Part shown: positions 11,673-25,604 of the stretch, one piece after another
How positions within the stretch are numbered: position 1 is the first letter of the stretch
How the letters are laid out: the number at the start of each line of letters is the position of its first letter
NCBI GenBank assembly: GCA_050575255.1
Contig: JBNZDD010013610.1
Coordinates: forward strand, 1,534,366 to 1,598,365
Reading direction: 5' to 3'
From: Harriotta raleighana
Lineage: Eukaryota
Length of the DNA: 64,000 nucleotides
Program-made: the position numbers and the translations under genes
The notes under the pieces: generated by a model
The model's input: the letters and a program-made list of their open reading frames with translations, nothing else
Told to the model about the DNA's origin: nothing
The model's database searches: none

Positions 11673-14600
11673 TGGTGATGAGCTAAAGGAAAGGGCCAGC
11701 GAGAGCACACATGGTAAACAGTGGGCAAATCTTCTTTGGAAAATGTATTAAAATCTGTAAAATTTGCCAAGTAGACCAGACATTCACAAAAAGATTTAGT
11801 CCATAGAAATTTAGTTGGGAACTGCCAGGCGGGAAAAATTCTATTTGCAGCAAAAATGTTGTCATCGGATATCATTATATACCGTGTGAACGTATTCTGA
11901 TACGAGGACATTGATAGGGATTTTGGAGAGGGAAACTCTAGGAGGAATTAATTTATAATCAGAAGTTAGATTCTAACAAGGCCGTTGATAAACCCACCCT
12001 CCCAATGCCACAAAGCAGCATGGTCTTGGACATTCAGGAGTCTTAGATATAATTAAGGTTCATCGTAGCAGCTTACAGTCAGGAACTCTCTTAAATGTTG
12101 AAACCCATTTTTGTTTACCACCTGGTTACATTTCCCTGTCTTTTAATAATGACAACGAAAACCCCAGCAGTTTTTTTTTAATAAGCAAAGCGGGGTTGGC
12201 ATTCAATTGAGCAAAATTATCGTTAATTGAAAAGATTCTTTACATATGGGAGAAAAGTCGATGGCTTTTTTTAAACCTAAGGATTAAATATTTCCATATG
12301 AGGCCGCTGCCAAATACGAAATAAAGTTTTATAATTACATATGATTTCTATGTCTGATGGATTTTTCCATGTTTATGCAGTTTATAATTTTTCCTATAGT
12401 CAGTGTAATCATGTTACATAATTTTACTGCCTCTTTAACTCTTTGCCAGTTGAACTGGGCGTTTTGTGTCATTCGAGAAACATAATCTACAGTTCAAAGG
12501 AAAATGAGGTGAAAGTGACAGTATCAGTATTATTGCCGTCCTTTATTAAAGATGGAAAAATACAGAAATGAGTGTAATACTGTAAAATGATTTGGTTACC
12601 AGACTCCCATTCAAGGAGCTGGAGTCGTAACTAAGCTTCATAGACCCTTGATTGTCATTTTGTGCCAGGTTTTTTCAGACAGGAAAACTATCAGGATCCA
12701 TATATCCCTTCACCTAATCACAGAGCAACATTGGCATTGACTACAAGGAAATCAATGACTAGACTATCCTATTCCTCCTGGCCTCCGTGTGCTTGTTGAC
12801 TGGACGCTGTGGTTTCTGCAACAGGAAGGAAAATAAGAAGTTTGTACCCCTTACTGTAGAACGTTATATATGATCAGCTAAAAAACCCAAATAGTATTTA
12901 CTACTTCCAGTCATCAGAATTTGTCAGTTTTTCATTGAATGAAGCCAACTTCAAAGAGAACACAATTCTGCACAGGCATCTCTCTACTCAGAGACTACAG
13001 TAAAACAAGATATTGTGACTACTGTAGTTTAAAGCTGGAGTAAATTATTGCCTCACAAATTTCATGAGTCCTTGAGTGTGTAGTAATGTCTGCAACATTG
13101 TGATGTACTCTTATACACAATAATCTTCAGTCACTGGCTCTTAACTGCATCCTTCAACAGCAATCAATACTTCTCTACTGCATTCTATGATAAAGTGCAA
13201 CAATGTTTTTATTATTCAATTCCGCAATCAGTCGCTTCAAAAATAATCTTCATTATAAAAAAGCTGATTTTATACAGGATTTGGTGCGTTAAGGTACGTT
13301 TATGTAGAATGAAGCGATCAATCTCAGTTCCCTTCTTTAACGCCCCAACCTTACTTTCTTGCTATTCAATGTAATAATGTAGCCTTTCCCACCATGAATG
13401 TGTCTTCAAGGTTTCGGAGATAGACTCATCCACCCAACAACATTGTACATTCAAGCCCCACTAATAATACTCAAGTTGCTCAATAAGGCAGGCACCTTTG
13501 TGGCATGCATATGTGTGAGTGATTTGACTTTGAGACCCTTTGTGTTGGAAATCTAGTAGTCCATTCTACAACAATGAAAATATTTCACACACTTTTTTTT
13601 TCTCCTGCACTTAAACCAGTTTTACAAACACCCACTTCTTTTTAAAGCTTTATTATCGAATAGTGTTCAAGTGGTTGTGGAAGTGAAAGGGAGTAGGTCT
13701 TAATGTCTTCAGCTCAAAAGCTATTGGGCATTATTCCAAACCAAGAAGTTATTTCTGTAACCTGAGGATTTAGAGTCCGCAAATTTTTTCTGTTGAGAAT
13801 TGTAGCTTTATTTTCCCATTTGGCTGAAGTCACATATATTACAAGAACACAGACTGTCGCCTACTTATATCACAAGTACAGCTCACCAACATGGCTGAGG
13901 CTTCCCTCCATTTTTATTGAACTTAAGCCCAAGGGTGTAACCGCTAACACAGATGGTCCTAATCAGACCAGACTATAGTATATTCTGATGGATTCTCTCA
14001 CATCCAGTCCTCGTCTCCATGCTACTCTGATCCTCTAGAGGAGGCTCTTGATACCCCTTGTGATATCACTGGAATCCCATGCCCAGTGCTCCTTTCCCAT
14101 AAGGAATAATGATTCGAAATGTCAAAGGTCTGGTTGCTGAAGTATGATCAGATCCTTATATACATCCAACAATAATGTTGGGAGAGAGTTTACTGAGTTC
14201 TGACCAATAACTTTTAGCCTGTGGAAAAATTCATGCTGTGTCCATGCTTTCCCTCACTTACACATCCAGTGTATATTTGTATGCTGGATGTCAGGGGATG
14301 AAAACCAAGCCCTTTTAGCTCTCAAGGAGTAAAATGTAAGTATATCCTTCGAATTATTTGCAACTCTTCATCATGTCATGCACCCGTGATGGTTGAAGAG
14401 TCTCAAGTTATAGTTTCACTGTGTTGGCTTTGGATCCTCAAGGTAGTTGTAATTGGTCTATAACAGACCATAACAGAGGAAAATGTGGTGTGTCCAGGCA
14501 CTGTGTCCTAAAACCCTCTGATTTGTAATTACTTTATAGTGGATTCACTCTGTAGAGGAGAACACCACAATGTAAGCAGTTATGTTTTGTAATTATGAAC

Positions 14601-14730
14601 TAAGAGACATTGTTGAAGAATGATGTCTTCCTGGGAGTTAATCAAATCAAGTTGTTATGGTTAACAGTGAATCTGGGGGCGCTTAGTGGCTTAGTTGTGT
14701 GCCAGCTTCGTTTATTCATCATGGTACAAA

Positions 14731-14865
14731 CTGTGCGCAATTGGCTGCTGCGTTTCGCCCACAAAATATACAGTTCATTCACTCTTAAGTATATTCTGTG
14801 AAGCACTTTGAGACATCTCAAAGACGTGATAAGGTACTACATCAAAGGCAAGTATTATTATTATT
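14731..14865 (+). mobile_element. SINE 3' fragment ((TTA)n family)
   Basis: gcgcaattggctgctgcgtttcgcccacaaa...tattattattatt. Confidence 0.9.
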
Positions 14866-16738
14866 TAGAGATTTGGAAGTAGCTCACACTCCTCAAGTGA
14901 AACAAGTTGGAGCAGTAATTTGCTTGTCTGAAAATGGGGCCCAACAGAGGATGGACATGAGAATTCAATTTAATTTTCTAAATCACTATGTATTTCGTAA
15001 GGTTAATCATTGGCAAATAGCACATGCAGTATTTATTGCATGCAGAATAGTGGGTCTGTAGAAGTGATGACGGAAAGCTCACTTGGTTGAGGGACAAAGA
15101 GCTGACAGAACCTGCAGCAGAAGCCAACCCAAGAAGAGAAAGGGCAGTAAATGACAGCATTGCAAACCAAGAGAAATTTCATGTTCAGTGGATTACTGTG
15201 AATAAGATTGCTCTGTACACTTAAGAGCATTATTAGTGTCCCTCACTAGTCTGTTCCAATTCAGTTTATTTTCTAAAGTGCTAAGTTAAGTTTGTCAAGT
15301 TGTGCGTTGGTTTCTTCCATGACTTCAGTGGCAAATAGACCACAGAGCATTTGCCTCATTGAGGTTTTCTTACTAATATGATGGTATCAAACTTTCTGAA
15401 ATGGGTGACCCTTGTTTTCCCCCAGCTGTACATTATATATTTGTATGTTGTATAAATTTTACAAATGTCATGCTAATAAGGATTTTACTGAATCGGTGGA
15501 GAAAAAAAACAATCAAAACACCAGGCATCAATTTTATTCTATTAAATGAAACTTGAGGGTCATCTGTAGTTTCCTTTGTTATTATAAGCAGCTTGTACCC
15601 TTTTTTACTTTATTACACCAAATGTTGAAAACTTATATGGGTGGGAACAAACCTCTGCCTGATAATCAACTGCCTTAAATAATTCTTAAATAGCTGCAAA
15701 ATCTGAAAATAAAGGCTGTTCTGCCAATCTGCCATCTTTTTTCAATGCAACCGGGAACTTGTGGAAAAGTTGTCAGAAGGGCAAGGGACGGAGAGGCATC
15801 GACTTTGGAAATTTAGATTCATTGGACACAAATATTTTTTTCCATGTACTGTAGTTGGTTCACTTGCAGTGACCTGCTGTCAGGATTTAGAGAAAGAAAC
15901 CAGCTGATTGATCCTGATCAGCCACTTTGTTTTTTGCCCTCCTCTCCCATCCCTCCCTATTTTGGCTCATGTTCCTCCCTCTAATTATTCACTTCTACAC
16001 CTGGATAAAATATTAATTAATGAATTAAGTAATGGGGTATTTGCCAACAATTCACTGCAAAAAGTGAAGGATAAACATAGCTACAGGAATACAAATAGAG
16101 CAAAGTACAGACAACATTACTCTACGCCTGTTAGATGGTATATGATTTTAACAGTGAAACAAGTGGCGAAATTCCTTCTGCTTCAGCAGCAAAGCACCTG
16201 GAAGAAGCACAAATTCGCCCTTGTCTTTTCTTCAAAGACACTAAACCAGCACTATAACATGCCTTATAATTGTAATCATTCTACACACAGTGATACAGAT
16301 GTCCGTTCTAGACAACTTAACCTTTTAGTAGCTGAAAGACCTTTTCAACTTTCAAACCTTACAGCTCCCATGCTGCTTTTTGCACAGATCAATTGACACA
16401 GGTGTTCCAAGCATTGTACAGGAAATTAAAACACACAGATTGAATAATAGTTCCATGTTGATGATCTATCCGATAAGCCTTAAAAAACAAATTAATAGCC
16501 ACAAAATGTCACTTTAGTTTTATTCAGAATAAAGATCTAAGAAAGTGGCTGTACTAATGTAATTTGTTTTTGTTGCTGTTGTTGATGTCTTGAACTGGGT
16601 GCAAAGAAATGCTATTTCATTCATTAAAGAGTTAAGAAGAAATCTTGCAAATGATCAGTGAAGGAGCACCCACGTCTGCCTCTACATAAAGTACTACAAA
16701 TAAATAAACTCTACATTGATATTTCTCTCTTATTGAGT

Positions 16739-16790
16739 TGCCTCCTGACGTGAAAGGCGCTATATAAATATAATTATGTTGTTGTTGTTG
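16739..16790 (+). mobile_element. L2-type 3' tail with (TTG)n end
   Basis: cctcctgacgtgaaaggcgctatataaat...gttgttgttgttg. Confidence 0.8.
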
Positions 16791-18796
16791 AACCCTAAGT
16801 GAACATCTGAATACAGTTTGGGAAGGGTTTATTCAAAAAAAAACTGAAATATATACTTACAATACTGGATCCAGCTTGATTCATCAGTTTGCTTTTCCTG
16901 GTTATTTGGAGACTGCCCTCAAATGCAAAACGCCAGTGATCCTTAACTGAAACATAGTCACTGGTGCACATCATGCCACCAGTGCATTGACTTTTGTGAC
17001 ACCAAGCAAACTCCTGCCTTCTCACTGTGTATATTATATCACTGACTCTGAATTATGGCTATGAGACTTGTTTCCAAAGGGCTGCAGTCTTTTGGATTGA
17101 TTGTCTGGGCTATCATTTGTGAAATAATTTTTCTTGTAATAACCGTAACATATTTTAATCCATCCAAAAAGATTATTGCTTCATATTTTGATGTGAAAAC
17201 AAAATTGTTACACGCGAAACATTTAGAAACAGAGTTTTGTTTGCATGTTAACTTGTTTTGACAAAGAGGGCTTTCTCTGGCAAAGGAAAAAAAATGGCAG
17301 GATTAATGGCATCTCTTACTGTCATGGTTCTTAATTTTTTTTAATCATTATCAGATCATCGAAACTCATTCTGACAGTCCTCGTCGGAGCAGTTGTTTGA
17401 GCATCACAAAACAAAAAGCTTTTCAAAGCAGCTTGTTTCTTCTTGGAAGTCTTCTGGGGAGCAGTAGAAAAGCAGGGACTCCACACAATATATTTCAAAA
17501 CCGATCGTGATAAGACATAAAAGCTGTGAAAACATTAATAATTTAAGGGAAAGATAAGGAGAGATTTGTTCAAGGCAAATAGTTTGCAACTCACTAATCT
17601 GATAAAATTTTCTAAACCTTGACCTTGCAAGTGCAAAAGGACAAACTGTACTTTTTGGCAATGATATTTGTCATGATATTCATTGAGCCATACTTATTCT
17701 TCATGTATTTAGAAAGGAAGGATCCTTTGACTGTGAATTTCTGGAGTTTGACTCACAAGCCGGACATAACTTTCCATGAGAACAAGCAAACCTGGGCTAA
17801 CATTTGAATGGATCAGTGTGGCAACTATGAGAGGTTTCAATAATGTCGTTCTCTGAAGGGCATTTCATTGGGGAAACAAGAGAAGAACGTTTAGTCCAGC
17901 CATCTGGGTCCATCACCCAGCTCCATCAATTTCACCTTTTCACTAAGCCCAGATGTACCCCTTCACACTAAACATGGAGCCCACCAAACTCCATCTCATG
18001 CGGCGAGCAGAACCCCGAAATTGCATTGCCAGTGAGTACCAAATCCTCAGGCAACAAAAGTGTTATGAAAATATAGAAAGGAGTCTTTTTTAAAAAAATG
18101 TTATGTTCGGTTTTTCATTGTGCTCCACTGAAAGGTTTTATTATTTGTGTTCTTGCCACTAAATTGTGTTCATCTGGTTCCCATCTTTCGTGTCTTACTG
18201 TTTGTTCAGATGCCATGACTTTGCGGTATTTTCAATAGGGAGAACACATCATGTAGAGCACAGTGTATGTCTGCGAGGGGATAAATAGTGATCGGAGGAC
18301 GGGTGGAGAGGACAATGCAGACCGTGATAGTGAGGTTTGATCAATTTGTATCACTTGTCTAAATACAAACTGAAATTATAGGTTTGGAATCACTTCTAAT
18401 GTATCTTCTTTTCTATATGGCATTAATGAACTAAATTCTCTCATGGACAGGTTCAGGTCAGTAGTTAATATTGTTGGACCCTGTGTCAAATAGAAGAAAG
18501 TTATCACCTTGATGGGTTCTCTCACAGAAGATCAGTCACCAAAAAACAGCCCAATAAGCCAAGGTAACCACTCGGCAGGTCAACAAGGCTTAAGGGAACC
18601 CTCTTTATCCGATTTTAGTATGTAGATTTGGTTGTTGAGGCTTTTTACGAGTAGTTTGTGATTACTCTATACAAGGTGTGATCTCCTGTAAATATCACCA
18701 TGATTTTAAACTAGAGGCACCAACATTTCCTGATTGTTGTGCCTGATAATTCATGTATGGTATGGAGGAAAAGTTATGCCTCTTAGTGAGTGATAG

Positions 18797-19003
18797 CTCA
18801 TTGAATTAATAATTCTACACATGGCACAAGATTACAAGTGAGGTTCGGATGAATTCAATAAACTGAATTATCCATATATCCGCTATTCAATTAATTCATC
18901 TATATTCTTAGCTTTTGGCAGGCAAATGGTTTATGATTTCTAAATTCTATTCAATAAAGCACACTGTTGAATAATCCATATTCAATTAACCAAATTTCTT
19001 TAT
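18797..19003. mobile_element. Degenerate Tigger/pogo-like MITE end
   Basis: Recurring tgaattatcc / ttgaataatcc / ttcaattaa motifs ending ttcaattaaccaaatttct next to a TA run. Confidence 0.4.
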
Positions 19004-19035
19004 ATATAAAGTATATACAGTATATATATGTATAT
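19003..19035. repeat. Imperfect (TA)n tract
   Basis: Direct reading. Confidence 0.75.
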
Positions 19036-19080
19036 TTGTATATATATCATATACATGGATATGTGCTATGACATTACCAA

Positions 19081-19187
19081 CTTTGCCTACAAAACCGACC
19101 GTCACTACACTCTGCGGTAAATTCTGTGCAGCCCTCAAAGACGTCTCGATGATACGATAAGGTGCTCTGTCAACTGTGGGGATTATT
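19081..19187 (+). mobile_element. Older SINE 3' fragment
   Basis: gtcactacac...ttctgtg...gacgtctcg...gataaggtgct...ggattatt. Confidence 0.65.
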
Positions 19188-20279
19188 TACTATTTACTTC
19201 TAATTCCCTACCGTTCTGCACCTCTCTTTCCAGCACACATAACCTTGTCACTCTGAAAGCTGCTCGCATGTTTCAGTTGTACAGAATATCTAATTGGAAC
19301 TCTTGCGTTAAACAGGGCCCACGTAAGGGGCAGTGTTTTATTAAATATTCATGCGGCTGAATGTATTTTGTGTCTTGTTTTTCCCCTAGCAAAATGTTCA
19401 GGATTGTATTCTCTCATGTTGCAAACCTTGGCAGTGGAATTACAACACTGTTTCTAATGTAGCGCGTTGACTTTCTTATTTTTCAGTAGAGTGTGCTTGT
19501 TTCAGCCAATGCTGTGTGTGTGCTCTTAGCCGCTCTCCCAGGCTTGGTTTAACATTCCCGGTCACATAAAACAGTAGTTTTTGTTTGTCACTTTTAATAG
19601 AAACCATACAGATTTCTAAAATTAAAAAAAATCTATACTTCTGGGAACTGGGATTGAATCGAGCCCAGAAAGCAGGGAAGAAATGCTCTTCTCTCTAGTG
19701 GCTGGCAGGGATCACCAGTAAAATTACTTCTGGCAGTCTCGTTCCATTTCCCAGTAGACGAGTCTGCTGCATAAAATTTGCCCTGAATTCTCAGCAATTT
19801 ACACTAATTTAGCACAGTTGCTCTAATGCGAGGCCAGAGAATAAAGGGGCTGGAGATCAGACATGCCATGGGGGTGCATGCTTGTCAGCGTTTGATGCTG
19901 TCATTGGTTGTGAAGCAGAAAGTCCCACCATCTCCGCTCATTGGCAGAATCAAACACACCAACAGGTCTTTTGGCACGGAAGGGCTGGCAAAATGAGAGG
20001 GGGATAGAGTTTGCGTTTGCATCCAAAGGCCACAAGCGTGCCAGTGGCAAATATGAGGCTGTACAATCCAGCAATCAAAATGAAGTGGCTCCGCACTCTC
20101 AGATGTATTCAGAACACATTAATGCCTCAAAGATGAATGCTCTGGTCCTGGCGTTCACTGTGAAACCCACACCAACAGGTTCCACTTATACAGTCTCAGT
20201 CTGACATACATGTGATGACGTTGTGAAACTGGGCTAAAAATGGCTCATGTTCAGGGAGGTGCTATTCAGGGTAAATAAA

Positions 20280-20315
20280 GCGAGGCGAGTGCTCTAACCA
20301 CTATACAACAGGACT
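20280..20315 (-). mobile_element. Isolated SINE tRNA-head fragment (A-box region)
   Basis: Minus: agtcctgttgtatagtggttagagcactcgcc, similar to the first 35 nt of the 60269 head. Confidence 0.65.
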
Positions 20316-20565
20316 CCTAATTCGCAGAAGCAGACATAATGTGCAGAAGAGGGTCAGAGCAACGGAATGGTGGCTTGGTGGGTGGGGGGATGCAAAGAGA
20401 GAGAGTTGAGGAGGGAGGGAGGGAGGTTGCACACAAGTGACAGTACGGTGTACAATATTAAGCAAAGCTTAATGACTGTTTGTGTCACAGCCATCACTTT
20501 TCACCGTGATCAGAGAATTTTCCTGTCAAGGTTCATTATTACGTAAACTGTACTTTAATTAGATT

Positions 20566-20628
20566 AAGTGCTCTGGGACGCTACCCTGCGTGAGGGGGCT
20601 ATATCAATGTACTGTAAATTGCTGTTGT
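20566..20628 (+). mobile_element. L2-type 3' tail
   Basis: aagtgctctgggacgc...cgtgagggggctatat...aaattgctgttg. Confidence 0.55.
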
Positions 20629-22697
20629 AGACTTTGGCACCCTGTTAAGACGAATGCTATTTCAGAGTAAATGTGCATTCAACAGTTGATATGTGGCTTC
20701 CTTCAGATAGGACATTACGCCCTTAGATTACAGCTTGGTGAACTCCCAGGGGGAAGAGAAATCTGCAGTTACCATGTTCTACTGTTCACAGTGAGAAATT
20801 GGCAACAAGACCACTCCAAACAATGCTCTCTGAGTCATTTGTATTTGTGTCTTGTAACAATCCAATAATGAAGTACAGATACTAGTTTTGTACCAAGACT
20901 AAATAAACCTTTGACTGGTAATAATCATCAATAAACAACATATCGGTTCACATTGAGTTTCAGGTAATCTCTTCTATTGTGGTTCAATTACTTGTTTCTT
21001 TCTTCTCTCTTTCTCTGGGTTTATGTACAGTACAATGCACATTTCTGTTCACCTTTCACATTGGAAGGATGTCTCAAAGAGCTTCACTCAGCTGGCTGGG
21101 CACCCTAGCCGAGGAAGGTTGGAGGGGATGGGGTGAGCTGACGAGGTCAGGGGTACAGGGAGAAAGATGACCAAAAGTATGGTCAAAGAGATACATCTTG
21201 ATAAAAAGGATTATTACATTTTTGAGAAGGGAAGAGGGGTAAATTGAAGGGATGGAGTTTCAAAGTGTGGGGCAAAATGACTGAAAGTTTACCCACCAAT
21301 TTGGGGTGTTTGGGCTGTGGGGGGAGGGAATATAAAGCAGGGCGGGATTCACTGAACATACAGGGGGTCAGGCCAAATAAATGCAGCTGTTTATAACAGA
21401 ACATATAAACTGATTTCTTACATCCCATAAAGTTGTTACCAATACCTCAGTAAAGAATACTGATGCAATCAAAGCTGGTTAGTGAAATCTGACACCCATA
21501 TAGCTGTTCATGGAGCTTTCAATGGGACAAGGGCAGATAGTCAACTGCCTTTCACTAACATAACCAAAGGGATGAAGATTGGCTTTGTACTATCAATAAT
21601 GAAACACATATGGTCAGATAATATTGATTAAGGGCCATGAATAAACTTAATTCTGCCAAGTCTGAACCTGCAATTCATTAATTATGAATGTTATTGATGG
21701 AAATCATAATGAAAAGAGATGATGCTAGTCTTGGTCACAGGTTCAGATTTTTTCCATTAAAGCAAGCACAAAAATATCCATCATTAATGAACAATGCTGC
21801 AAGACAAAGAAAATAAGATACAGACGCATAAAAGCCTTTAAAACTGACTGCCCAAGCTTGTAACGCACAGTCAGAGGAGAATACCAGCTGTAGCTTGATT
21901 TTAATTAAGGCTGTAAGATTCATCAATATTTGTTACACAGAATATTCTGGATCTTTCTTGGCAGCGTCTGCACATCAGTCATTGTGGTCACATTGCTCTC
22001 AGTGTAAATCACAGTCATAAAGTCTTACGAACAGTCAACACTGGGTTAGTTTCAACATGTGGTCATTTAGCATAAACCAGATGCAGCTGGGATTGTAGCT
22101 CGTGGCTGCTCGCCTACATTAAGCTTGAATTGATTAGATAATAAAGAAATGGCTGTTTTTATTACAGCAGCAAAGAAATGCTGTCACAGATTTAAATGAT
22201 GTATCAAATTCATAATACGTTTGTGTGTATTTAAGTTGATATTTTGCATCCATATAGTATCTTAAGTTAGAAAACAAGTTCCTGGATGTGTGTATAATGG
22301 TCTCTCTCTCTCTTTCTTATGTAAAAAATAACTTTTACAACTTTCTTTGTACAGTAACTTGTCCATGTAGCTTTGCTTCATATACATTATTAACCGTGCT
22401 TTCTCAGTTCTCTCGGCTTCTAGACAGGTCAGTGTAGTTGCCCATTTGTGTGGAACTTTTAGAGCAATAATCATTCTCGGAATAGCTAGAGCTGGTGGTC
22501 TTCGAAAGTCATTGGTAAAGCACCACTTGATTTTCTTTCCCACTTCTAGACTTAAAATCATTTGTGCCTTAACACATCTCAACTATTCACTGGGGTTTGG
22601 GGGGCAAGGGGGCAGGGGGCAAAAGAGATCAACGTTCGAGTGTCAACGCACGTAATGACATTGTAAATCACTGGCACAAAAATAAAAGCTTGCTTAC

Positions 22698-22776
22698 CTC
22701 CCTTTTTGCCTTTTTGCTACCTTCCTGGATTGTAGTGCATATTTTACTATGAAAAGCCTCAGACACAGGGCGGGTA
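22698..22776 (-). other. Candidate 79-nt non-coding exon
   Basis: Acceptor tttgcattatcgccttttatcacag|T and donor GAG|GTAAGC. Confidence 0.25.
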
Positions 22777-22904
22777 CTGTGATAAAAGGCGATAATGCAA
22801 AGTTATCATTTTGAAATGCAAAGTTCCTTAACAGTGACATTTAGAAACTCATGGGAACCAACAGTGGGCCATATTTAGGAGGGTGTTTTGTAATCACTGA
22901 CTGT

Positions 22905-22957
22905 CCAGGGTCTTGGGATGCCCTCCTAATGTGAAAAGCACTTTACAAATGTGATTT
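22905..22957 (+). mobile_element. L2-type 3' tail
   Basis: cttgggatgccctcctaatgtgaaaagcac. Confidence 0.6.
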
Positions 22958-23504
22958 GTATTACATTGTATTGAATGATGGTTGGATTTAATTCAAATGC
23001 ATGTTTATACTGGTGATGGGCAAATTGAAATCCAAGACACCCTCTTCTTCTCTCTTTCTCCTCCACATGGCGAAGGCCATTCTAATGGTGGACATGAGCT
23101 GCCCGAGCTGAGTATTTTATCAGCCACTAAATTCTTCACTTCCATTTTCATCCGACTGATGCATAGTTTGTGTAAACTGTTTTTAATTTAGATGACTTTT
23201 GGCAAAGAAGTGGAAGTGGTGTTTATATCAAGTTTTCATGTCTATTTTGATCCAATTCTGGGTTGCCAAAACTCGGGTTTCAATAATAGCATTTTAGTAG
23301 AACAAAATCTTCCCTCTCATTCACTTTCTGCATCTTAAAGGCTAAGCACACAAGTCTGGAAATTATTTGTAATTAGTCAGATCTTTGGTGAGTAGGATAT
23401 CTCCAGTTTACCTCAGGCTGGCACCGTTATAGAGCTATATTGACTTAGTACAGTTGAAATGTTTTGATCCATGAAGTACCCCATACTCAATGATTTACAC
23501 AATG

Positions 23505-23590
23505 CAAAGTCACTGCTCTTTTGCAGTAAATCATGTGAAGCACTTTGTGGTATCTCTCTGATGTGAAAGGCGAATGAAAGGATTATTATT
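23505..23590 (+). mobile_element. SINE 3' fragment
   Basis: tgtgaagcacttt...gatgtgaaaggcg...ggattattatt. Confidence 0.6.
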
Positions 23591-23612
23591 GTTTTGATAG
23601 CTAGACCTTCAC

Positions 23613-23732
23613 ATGAGGGAGAGGGGAAGTATAAGGGTGTGGGAGGTATGGATAAAGACCAGTGTGGAGTATAAACACGGCACAGGCTAGTTGGGCCGAG
23701 TGACCTGTTTCCTTACTGTACATTCTTTGTAA
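23613..23732 (+). mobile_element. CR1 LINE 3' end
   Basis: tggagtataaacacggcacaggctagttgggccgagtgacctgtttc...ctgtacattct, a typical CR1 3' terminus. Confidence 0.7.
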
Positions 23733-24902
23733 ATCTTTCTTATGAACTCATTTTAAATGATGAGTATAAATTGAATAAGTCAGAGTAAACCTAAATAAGA
23801 TGATACATCTTGTAATGCCCTGCTCTCAGTGTAAATTGATGTGATGCACTGTATATGCTTGCCCTGGCCCCTCCAGCTTCCTGGAGCACATTCACACCCT
23901 TCGCAATGTAAACACAGCAGGTGTGGACAGCACTTGACTCACTGGCTCGCTGTTGAGCCATTGCAAGCTTTCAAACTTGCTCGTTCGTCACATTGTCCTT
24001 AACATTGTCTTAACATTGTTTCTGATCTGCATTGAAACGGTGAGTTAAGAGTTTGAAACACTTGTCCTGGACATAAGAATTATTTTGGCAGCACTACTAT
24101 TTTGGCCAATGAACAAAGTTTAGAGAGGATTTTTAAAAAAATATTGACAAGCTGTGGGCTCTCAATCATGCCTCAACTCATGTCTGAATGTTTCCTCACT
24201 GACCCTCAGGCATTCAGAACTACAAACGTGCTGCCCTTCATTCTGATGGATAAATGGATGGACAGAGACTATTACCATTTTAAAGAGACTTCTCAACCCA
24301 AATATGGGCTGTGGCCCACAACAAAGACCATTAGGTTTTATGGTTTACTATAAATGATTTCCCGCACCACAGCCAAACACCCACCCCCTCTCCTCCAGCC
24401 CCGAAGGTGAAAATTAGCTTGAGTCTATCATCCACTTTCATTTAATATATGCTGGCACATCTTTACACATTGGTCCTTATTCACACTCTGACACTGTGAC
24501 CTCATGATAACTCACCATCTCTCACATGATTACTTTGTATGCCACTGACACTCCCCTTTGTTTCAGGAGTCATAACCTTTACTCCTAATTCTGTTACTCA
24601 TCAATATTCCCCCCTTTAATATTGGAGCAAAATCAGCTCTCATTACCTCAGGGGCTATTTTTTGGTCACAGTCTGGTCTCTTTTTTTCCATATATAAATT
24701 GCTTAGTTGATTGTACATTTGTATTTCAAATGAGAGAACTTCTATGATACAGCTTTCACTTACATTTGCAGTTGTTCGAATCGTTTGGTCTTGCCAACTT
24801 TGTATTTTACATCTCGTCTGTTCACACAATAAGAATGAAGTGCAGATCAAATCTGTAGCTATACAGTTATGTGTTTTAGTTTGACATGTCAGCTATACAT
24901 AA

Positions 24903-24972
24903 AATAATAATTATTTCATTTAATATTGTGCCTTACCATGTCGTCAAGACATCTCAAAGCACTATATCGTAA
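24903..24972 (-). mobile_element. SINE 3' fragment
   Basis: gccttaccatgtcgtcaagacatctcaaagcact. Confidence 0.7.
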
Positions 24973-25545
24973 ACTAACTTGACTCCATGTAAGTTTGTCC
25001 GATGAACTGATTGGGGTAGGGGTAAAAAAGTGTCCCAACTCAATTGTTAAGTTGGTCTAGCTATATTCTTTGGACAACCTTGAAGGTTGTCTTGTCAATC
25101 TTTAGTAAAGAAGCACACACCATTTGCAATGTCTCCACTCTCTCAACACTAATGATAACCATTTCTATAAATGTCAATAAGAGTGTGAAACAATAATGCA
25201 GTTTGTGAGAGTGTAGAGTATAGGAGCCACGGAAAACAATTGAATTGTGTTCTTATATCTGAGAGGGTTTTCCTGAAACGCAACTGGACATAGGCAAGAT
25301 AAGACTTGTCACCTAATGGATCACCTTTTTTTCACCTTTTATCCTCCCAGCTTCTGTCTTTTTTAATCACTATTATCTTTTCTTTGCTGCATTAATATCA
25401 CAAATATTATTGGACCTTTAAATGCTTCTCTCAAATCCCAAACTTTGTTCCAATGGGCCTTCAGCCTATCTTCACCATGTTGAAATCCAAACTCATTGGA
25501 TTGCCAGCTAGTGTATTAAGTTACATTACCAGGTCATCAAGACAC

Positions 25546-25604
25546 AATAACAAAACTACATTTATAGAGTGCCTTTCACGTCGGGAGGACGTCCCAAGGC
25601 CCTG
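25546..25604 (-). mobile_element. L2-type 3' tail
   Basis: catttatagagtgcctttcacgtcgggaggacgtcccaagg. Confidence 0.8.

Noticed and set aside
15908-16396. Longest ORF (162 aa)
   Set aside because: TTG start, no recognisable motif and no convincing splice boundaries.
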